From the NCBI GenBank assembly GCA_963662285.2, contig CAXXMV010000001.1, positions 256,001 through 320,000 of the forward strand: a stretch of DNA of 64,000 nt, in the 5' to 3' direction. The DNA is from a bacterium (GTDB lineage Bacteria > Hinthialibacterota > Hinthialibacteria > Hinthialibacterales > Hinthialibacteraceae). The notes under the pieces were generated by a model. That model did not search any database. It was not told the DNA's origin and saw only the letters and a list, made by a program, of their open reading frames with translations. The stretch's first letter is position 1; each line of letters starts with the position of its first letter. The position numbers and the translations under genes were made by a program. Shown here in pieces: positions 58,056-64,000 of the stretch.

Positions 58056-59558
58056 TTAAACCTGATTCACGACGGCGGTTATCGCCAAATCCATAATCTT
58101 CTCCTGCGTGGCTTCCGTATGACTAAGTTCTCCTAGAATGCGACCGCTATTCATAACCAGAATCCGGTCAGCCATGCCCAACACTTCGGGCAATTCCGAT
58201 GATATCATAATAATAGCGGCGCCATTACGCAGCAGTTCGTTCATCAGCAGATAGATTTCACGTTTGGCGCCGACATCTATGCCCCGCGTCGGTTCATCAA
58301 AAATATATAGTTTAGAATTGGCCACTAGCCATTTAGCCAGAACGACTTTTTGCTGGTTGCCGCCGGAAAGATTTTTTGCCAAGACTTCAATCGAAGGCGC
58401 TTTAATATTTAATTCCTTTAACTTTGCTTCAGCCACCGATTTTTCTTCATCAGAATTGATGAAGAAAAATCGGCAAACATCCCTTAATGTCGGTAAAGTA
58501 ATATTTTCACGAATCTTCATACCAAGAACAAGACCCTGCTCTTTGCGATCCTCAGTCAACAGACAAATACCCAAATCAATAGCCTGTCGCGGGGAGGATA
58601 GTACTACAGTTTGTCCCAGAAAAGATATCTCGCCACTATCCGGTTGATCAACGCCGAACAGCATCCGGGCAGTCTCAGTACGACCGGCGCCAACCAAACC
58701 AGTCAAGGCAACAATCTCACCTTCGTGAACTGAAAAGGAAACATCATTGACTTGTTTATTGCATAATCCCTTAACGCGGAGCGTCTCGCCTCCAGGCGTG
58801 AAATATTCCTTGGGATACTCTTCGGTGATGCTGCGGCCGACCATCAATTCAATAATGCCGTCCCGGTCAATCTCATCAATGGATTTAGTGCTAATCCATT
58901 CACCGTCGCGCATAATAGTTAAACGGTCGCATACCTCGAATATTTCTTCCAGGCGGTGCGATATATAAATAACGCTGACGCCTCTTTTTTTCAAGTTGCG
59001 AATCGTCTCAAACAGTTTGTTCAATTCATAGGATGTCAGCGTGGCCGAAGGTTCATCCATTACAATAATCTTGGAATCAACCGATAGCGCTTTGGCGATT
59101 TCTACCATCTGTTGATTGGCTATGGATAACCGGCTGACGGGAATAGTGATATCGAAATCAAATCCCAGGCTCTGCAAAAGTTGTTCAGATTCATTTCTGC
59201 CTTTACTGCAATTAATAAAACCATAGGCGCCCGGTTCCCGCCCCAGATAAATGTTTTCGATTGCGCTGAATTGAGGAACCAGATTAAACTCCTGGTATAT
59301 TATCGAAATACCCAATTCCTGAGCTTGATGAGGATTATTAATTGAAACAGGCTGCCCCTCTAATAAAATCGCACCCTGATCCATACTTTCAGCGCCAGCC
59401 AGAATTTTCATCAAAGTAGATTTCCCTGCCCCGTTTTCTCCTACTAAAGCGTGTACTTCATCTTGATAGATTTCAAGATTGATGCCTTTTAACGCATGCA
59501 CGCCGGGATATCTTTTATGAACATCCTGCATTTGTAGAATAGGGTATTGGCTTACCAT
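58056..59558 (-). CDS. Sugar ABC transporter ATP-binding protein, RbsA/MglA type (two NBDs)
   Basis: GENGAGKST; VMDEPSATL; LSGGNQQKV; DEPTRGIDVGAK. Confidence 0.95.
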   Translation of the reverse strand: MVSQYPILQMQDVHKRYPGVHALKGINLEIYQDEVHALVGENGAGKSTLMKILAGAESMDQGAILLEGQPVSINNPHQAQELGISIIYQEFNLVPQFSAIENIYLGREPGAYGFINCSKGRNESEQLLQSLGFDFDITIPVSRLSIANQQMVEIAKALSVDSKIIVMDEPSATLTSYELNKLFETIRNLKKRGVSVIYISHRLEEIFEVCDRLTIMRDGEWISTKSIDEIDRDGIIELMVGRSITEEYPKEYFTPGGETLRVKGLCNKQVNDVSFSVHEGEIVALTGLVGAGRTETARMLFGVDQPDSGEISFLGQTVVLSSPRQAIDLGICLLTEDRKEQGLVLGMKIRENITLPTLRDVCRFFFINSDEEKSVAEAKLKELNIKAPSIEVLAKNLSGGNQQKVVLAKWLVANSKLYIFDEPTRGIDVGAKREIYLLMNELLRNGAAIIMISSELPEVLGMADRILVMNSGRILGELSHTEATQEKIMDLAITAVVNQV

Positions 59559-59731
59559 GAAAGAAAATCTCCTGACTTAAATATCGAGATAAATGAGTCC
59601 TGCAAGAATCTTACAATTATCAATGCAATTAATCTATGTGGATTCATTTATATTGTGGTTAACAAGAGTTTATGCTTTTTGCGGGGGATTTTGATATGAC
59701 TGTTTTTTTTGAAGAAAGGATTTTAAAATCC

Positions 59732-59960
59732 GGAAGGAACTATTGGTTTGGACAATAGTTCCTTCCTCACCCATCGGGTGGCGCTAATTTGTTAAGCATC
59801 ACGCCTCCCATTCTAGATTTACCTGTTTACGTACGCAACAGGCCTTAAAGCATGGTGAGGTTTCACAACTCTCAACCAGTACTCTTTCTCGGGCGATGAA
59901 CGTCGCCCTCTCGTATTTAGGCGGGAGAAAGTCAGTTGCAGAAGTTCAACTATTTTTCTT
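59732..59960 (-). ncRNA. Candidate structured non-coding RNA or leader
   Basis: Several stacked hairpins, 5'/3' closing helix, 14-bp terminal hairpin (59732-59766), upstream sigma70-like promoter; family not recognised. Confidence 0.55.
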
Positions 59961-59982
59961 TCTCTCTCATCCTCTATATATA

Positions 59983-60011
59983 GTAATAACACTATGAGAT
60001 TTCAATGTCAA
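59983..60011 (-). promoter_or_regulatory. Sigma70-type promoter
   Basis: TTGACA-N17-TATTAC with TG extension, facing the candidate RNA. Confidence 0.55.
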
Positions 60012-60106
60012 CGGGTTTTTTTGGGGATTAACGGTATTTCCCTGTTATGGAAGAATAATCCATAAGCAAATCTTTAACCCACCTTTTTAATCAAGACATT
60101 TTCAAA

Positions 60107-62134
60107 GTGCACGCTATAATTGAAATTACTTTTTTATATGCAAGGAAATCAACCATGTTACAGCGCTCAAGATTTACAATACGTATTACGTTCATACCAG
60201 GCATATTCTGCTTGTTATTCTTTTCTAATTGCGCAACCCTCAATCATACAGAGCATGATGCAATCAAAAATATTCAATCTCTACGCAGCAGCGCATTGGA
60301 TGACATTTTTGTTCTACAAGATTATCGCGCAGGCAAGAACAGCTTCGTAGAAAGCCCTGAACGACACAAAGATTGCTGGACTGATAAGGAATACCGCTAT
60401 ACCTTGCTTGATCTAAAAGGCAGTGGATCAATTCGACATATCTGGTCTACCCGGAGAGATGGCGATCCATATTTTGATATGGAATTCTACGTAGATGGAG
60501 AAGACGTCCCCAGCATCCGTGGAACCGATATAAACCTCGAACGAGCAATGGCGCAGTACGCCCTTCCAGTTGCGCCAGCCAACTCCGTTCCATTAGGCAA
60601 CAGAGATTTTAATTTCTACCTGCCCATTCCATTCCAGAAGAGCATCCGGGTAGATGCGGTTCAGCGTCATGATTCGTTTGGATTATGGTTCTGTCAAATG
60701 GATTACCGGCTCAATGACGATTCGCTTAATGGAGCGCGTCTGTTCAGCGAAGGCCAAGGTGAAAACTTGACTCTCTCCTATATTGGTTTACCGCAGCAAA
60801 AACGGATGGCGCCTGCATCAACCCTAAAACGCGAAACAGAAGCCTTTGATACAGTTCCACTAAAACCTGGAGAACTGCTGCGCGTGGCGCGATTCTCCGG
60901 CCCCGGCATTGTGCGTGAATTGGAGATGAAGTGGCCTGAACAATCAAATCTACGTTTACTAGTAAGATATGAAGGCTGTGACGCCTATGCGGTTAACTCA
61001 CCGGTGGATCGCTTCTTCGGCCCATTCAAAGGCGTTGCATATTTTCAACATGCGCCTCAGCATTCCAGTTGCTACTTGCCCATGCCCTTCAAAAAGTCCT
61101 GCGAAATTCTGCTATTAAATGAAGGCCATCGAACAGCGCAAGTATCGGGCAAAGCCATTGCCGAGAAGGTATCATCCTTTTCAAAATCATGGGGCTATTT
61201 CCATGCGCTTCATCAGAAAACCGATAAAACCAACGGTCACCGATTGCATCAGGTTATGTATCTGCGGGGCTGGGGACATTGGCTAGGCATGACGCTCTAC
61301 AAAACCGGCCACGATCATGGCGGAGGCGATTTCGCAGTAATCGATGGAGAAGGCGACGACCCTGCGTTTCTGCATGGCGTTAACGGCGAAGACTATTTCA
61401 CTTTCGCCTGGTTCGGCAAAGGAGCGCATCATCCTTACGCCATTGCCGGTACCAATGATGAAGGCCGCTATCGCCATCATTATGAAAACGTATACCCATT
61501 CCACAAATCGCTGGCTATTGAATGGGGCGCCTTCCCAGACCTAAGCCCGGAAAGCGTCAGCGTCTGGTATCAGGATTCGCCGGAAGATACAACAATTGCT
61601 GATGGAGCGCGAGAGGAATCAAGTGAATGGGATGTGTTCGGCCCGGTTCCCATTCCTTTCGATAAAGATGGAGATGCTATCGACGATCCCTATGCGGTTC
61701 TTCCAACAGTAGAAGACCTGGATGATGGTCAACAGTTCGAGTGTAAACTGATCGAGGAAAAATTCACGGCGGGATGGATGAAAGAATGGTCAGTCGGCCC
61801 CATGTTGAATCTTACATATATTGGCAGACATAAAACCAGAATAGCGGGTGAAGTCGAACTGGGCGGCATGGGGCACGCCTTCATGGCGCGAAAGATGATT
61901 AATTCTGAAACTGAAGGGGAAAAGGCTTTCTTATTTGCGCATGACGACCCCATAGAACTATGGTTGAACGGCAACCGGATTTACGCGGGAGGTCAACATT
62001 TCAATGGATTTGAGAGCAACACGATATATCTACCACTGAAAAAAGGCGCCAATCAGGTAGTAGTTCGATTGACTAACTATTTCAATCGTAATTTCAACTG
62101 GACGGGATTTTTCTTACGCCCTAAAGAGCCTTGA
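60107..62134 (+). CDS. DUF2961-family (GH172-like) exported protein, possible lipoprotein (likely start ATG 60154)
   Basis: L.LKGSGSIRHIW; FNFYLPIPF.KSIR; CYLPMPF; GYFHA; HGVNGEDYF; FFSNC lipobox-like. Confidence 0.75.
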   Translation: MHAIIEITFLYARKSTMLQRSRFTIRITFIPGIFCLLFFSNCATLNHTEHDAIKNIQSLRSSALDDIFVLQDYRAGKNSFVESPERHKDCWTDKEYRYTLLDLKGSGSIRHIWSTRRDGDPYFDMEFYVDGEDVPSIRGTDINLERAMAQYALPVAPANSVPLGNRDFNFYLPIPFQKSIRVDAVQRHDSFGLWFCQMDYRLNDDSLNGARLFSEGQGENLTLSYIGLPQQKRMAPASTLKRETEAFDTVPLKPGELLRVARFSGPGIVRELEMKWPEQSNLRLLVRYEGCDAYAVNSPVDRFFGPFKGVAYFQHAPQHSSCYLPMPFKKSCEILLLNEGHRTAQVSGKAIAEKVSSFSKSWGYFHALHQKTDKTNGHRLHQVMYLRGWGHWLGMTLYKTGHDHGGGDFAVIDGEGDDPAFLHGVNGEDYFTFAWFGKGAHHPYAIAGTNDEGRYRHHYENVYPFHKSLAIEWGAFPDLSPESVSVWYQDSPEDTTIADGAREESSEWDVFGPVPIPFDKDGDAIDDPYAVLPTVEDLDDGQQFECKLIEEKFTAGWMKEWSVGPMLNLTYIGRHKTRIAGEVELGGMGHAFMARKMINSETEGEKAFLFAHDDPIELWLNGNRIYAGGQHFNGFESNTIYLPLKKGANQVVVRLTNYFNRNFNWTGFFLRPKEP

Positions 62135-62324
62135 TAACCAGTATGGCGCTGAGCAGACACAACGGGGCGCCAATTATGATCAACGGCCCCAGCATACAAA
62201 GCGCAGCGCCGACGCCAAACATAACCAGCCCTAATAGCAGGGCGAGAGTCCGCCCCAGCAGTTCTATTATAAGCAGAACCAACTTAAACGGCAGCAACAG
62301 TAAATTACCTAGCGCAGAAATCAT
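62121..62324 (-). CDS. Small hydrophobic membrane protein
   Basis: 67 aa, almost entirely hydrophobic, two TM helices. Confidence 0.6.
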   Translation of the reverse strand: MISALGNLLLLPFKLVLLIIELLGRTLALLLGLVMFGVGAALCMLGPLIIIGAPLCLLSAILVIKAL

Positions 62325-62499
62325 GATTATTAATAATACCTTACAGATTTATTTTTAGTAGTATTATATTATACGGTTATCATAATATAAATATTTCGTT
62401 TTTTTAATAACCTTTTCTATTCCCAAAACATCTTTTCCGTATTTTTAAAAGGCCAATAAAAAAACGTTATTATACGATCCTTTTGATACAAGGGAAAAA

Positions 62500-63108
62500 A
62501 TGATATCAAAATCTGAAAAATATCGAATATTCTTGTCTCGCATTGCAGCTGCTATAAGTTTGTTCTTTTTATGCAGTACGCAGAGTTATTGGGAAACGCA
62601 TAATGAAACTCTTTCATTTTCCTTGTTCTTTATAGGATCGATTCTGGTCGCCATTGCTTCTTTGGGCAGGATGTGGTGCTCGCTTTATATCGCCGGTTAC
62701 AAAAATAACACGCTAGTCACCCAAGGTCCTTACTCCCTATGCCGCAATCCCTTGTATTTTTTCAGCATGATAGGAGTGATCGGCATTGGCTGCGCCACCG
62801 AAACTTTTACTTTCCCGATAGTTTTTATGATCTTCTTTGCAGTCTATTATCCCTTTGTTATTGCAAGTGAAGAAAAACGCCTTAAGCAACTTTTTGGAAT
62901 TGAGTTTGATGAATATGTCAAAAGGGCGCCTGCCTTTTTTCCAAAACTATCAATTTTTGATGAACCGGAAGATTACTGCGTGAAACCAGCTGTTTATCGA
63001 AAGCATATTTTCGATGCATTGTGGTTTATCTGGATAATTGGAATCCTTGAGGTACTGGAGGGACTGAAAGAAATTGGATTATTATCATCCTGGTGGTTGC
63101 TTTATTAA
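62500..63108 (+). CDS. Isoprenylcysteine carboxyl methyltransferase / PEMT-family membrane protein
   Basis: LVTQGPYSLCRNPLY; EEKRL..FG.EF.EY...P.FFP. Confidence 0.88.
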   Translation: MISKSEKYRIFLSRIAAAISLFFLCSTQSYWETHNETLSFSLFFIGSILVAIASLGRMWCSLYIAGYKNNTLVTQGPYSLCRNPLYFFSMIGVIGIGCATETFTFPIVFMIFFAVYYPFVIASEEKRLKQLFGIEFDEYVKRAPAFFPKLSIFDEPEDYCVKPAVYRKHIFDALWFIWIIGILEVLEGLKEIGLLSSWWLLY

Positions 63109-63187
63109 TTATGTTGACATCTCTATTGGGATAGTTTATAGTTCTCAATGATGTTTCCGCAAGCATCGTTCCAGAGAGGTATATTCA

Positions 63188-63328
63188 ATGAGCATCATAA
63201 TAGCAATTATAACCGCAGCCATTTTAGTTGTTGCTGTAGGCATACTGTTCGCCGTAAAGTCAGGTTTTAATCAAGTAATCACCGGGCTTCAATCGATTGA
63301 TGAGACTTTACACAATAAAAAGCCATGA
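63188..63328 (+). CDS. 46-aa single-TM small protein not in the ORF track
   Basis: GAGG RBS; MSIIIAIITAAILVVAVGILFAVKSGFNQVITGLQSIDETLHNKKP*. Confidence 0.55.
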   Translation: MSIIIAIITAAILVVAVGILFAVKSGFNQVITGLQSIDETLHNKKP

Positions 63329-63421
63329 GTGTAATTTCTACAGGGCGGTAATAACATCCGCATAGGGTGATTGGGTAGGCTAAAAGCACCTGCCTCGCCC
63401 ACTAAATTCCACTAAAACATA

Positions 63422-63667
63422 TCAGATATCCTGTATTTTATTCTGGTTGATTAGTGCATCGATTTTTCTATTCAATTCCTCGATTAATTCTGATTGCTTT
63501 TTGACCATCGATCCCAGTTTATCGATTTTGGCGTCGAGAATTTTCATCTCTTGTTCCACTTGTTTGCTTCCCGTATTGCCAAAAATCAAAACTATGATAA
63601 TTATGAGAATGATGGTTCCACATCCGAAGGTTGTATTTCTGTTAACTACATGAATCTCTTTTTCCAT
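63422..63667 (-). CDS. Small TM + coiled-coil protein
   Basis: GAGG RBS; GCGTIILIIIIVLIFG then coiled coil. Confidence 0.65.
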   Translation of the reverse strand: MEKEIHVVNRNTTFGCGTIILIIIIVLIFGNTGSKQVEQEMKILDAKIDKLGSMVKKQSELIEELNRKIDALINQNKIQDI

Positions 63668-63745
63668 GATTTAACCTCAATTAAAGCGGCTGCACCGCCA
63701 GTGCGATGCAGCCGTATTAAATATCTATTAAGTTTATAACCAATC

Positions 63746-64000
63746 TTAATCAATCAGAGTAGCCTTGGGTGGATTAGCTAAATTCTGATAGCGTCGCTCG
63801 ATCTCTTCACGGGTGACATCGTCGCCATCCACGATCCACCACTGATAATGAACATGTAATGGTTTATCTTCAGTAAGTTTATAGGGGAAGAATTCGCCGA
63901 AACGTCCATAGAGGCGTTCGGAGAATTTGGCGCCTTCAGGATTCTTGGGATCAGTCAAATAAGCAACCGTATAGCGCTTGCCGCCTACGGTGTACTTAAC
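63746..64000 (-). CDS. C-terminal part of a DUF6807/PmoA-like family protein, truncated by the window edge
   Basis: YTVAYLTDPKNP...FSERLYGRFGEFF...LHVHYQWWIVDG; frame open to the window end. Confidence 0.55.
   Translation of the reverse strand, partial: VKYTVGGKRYTVAYLTDPKNPEGAKFSERLYGRFGEFFPYKLTEDKPLHVHYQWWIVDGDDVTREEIERRYQNLANPPKATLID

Noticed and set aside
59790-59935. Moco riboswitch, suggested by the nearby moaC and a GCCCTCTCGTATTTAGG segment
   Set aside because: The resembling segment is on the strand opposite to the moa genes and the rest of the motif is not evident; left as an unclassified RNA
62500-63108. C-terminus LLSSWWLLY as another sorting tag
   Set aside because: Lacks the S/T, V/I and D/N positions and belongs to a polytopic membrane enzyme without a signal peptide
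58-63739. Many short antisense or overlapping ORFs in the six-frame track (e.g. 8594..9058, 25970..26653, 35344..36111, 39849..40307, 43117..43356)
   Set aside because: Shadow frames of well-supported genes or of the tRNA, with no motifs of their own

Overview
Bacterial genomic DNA from a diderm organism (it encodes a TonB-dependent receptor). The protein style recalls candidate phylum Hinthialibacterota/OLB16 or Sumerlaeota-like lineages; this is from memory and unverified. Four zones. (1) 0.4-14.8 kb: an AT-rich cluster of large secreted proteins (two FG-GAP propellers, a WD40 protein and a three-gene Ig/CARDB surface-protein operon). (2) 14.8-21.9 kb: an AT-rich accessory block with an archaeal-type Cdc6/Orc1 ATPase, orphan genes and a complete ISL3 element with an 8-bp target duplication. 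(3) 21986-43223: a 21.2-kb island bounded by a 44-bp direct repeat of the tRNA-Gly(CCC) 3' end. It has a satellite-like backbone (tyrosine integrase, excisionase, primase-DUF3987, iterons, PC4-like protein) and carries a nine-gene TonB-dependent uptake cassette with Pho-box-like repeats, a decayed FGE-sulfatase gene ending in a DGR template-repeat-like sequence, and a DUF499 remnant. (4) 43.5-64 kb: mostly core genes (enolase-family enzyme, Trm11-like methyltransferase, UDG, GT2, rplI, histidine kinase, AsrB-FdhF-AsrA-like formate dehydrogenase, Moco genes, sugar ABC ATPase, DUF2961) plus a candidate structured RNA. The most striking signal is that five unrelated signal-peptide proteins all end in the same 9-residue motif, [ST]-x-[VI]-x-[DN]-[WY]-x-x-[YH], a candidate lineage-specific C-terminal protein-sorting signal. 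All family assignments come from motif recognition by eye; no database search was run.
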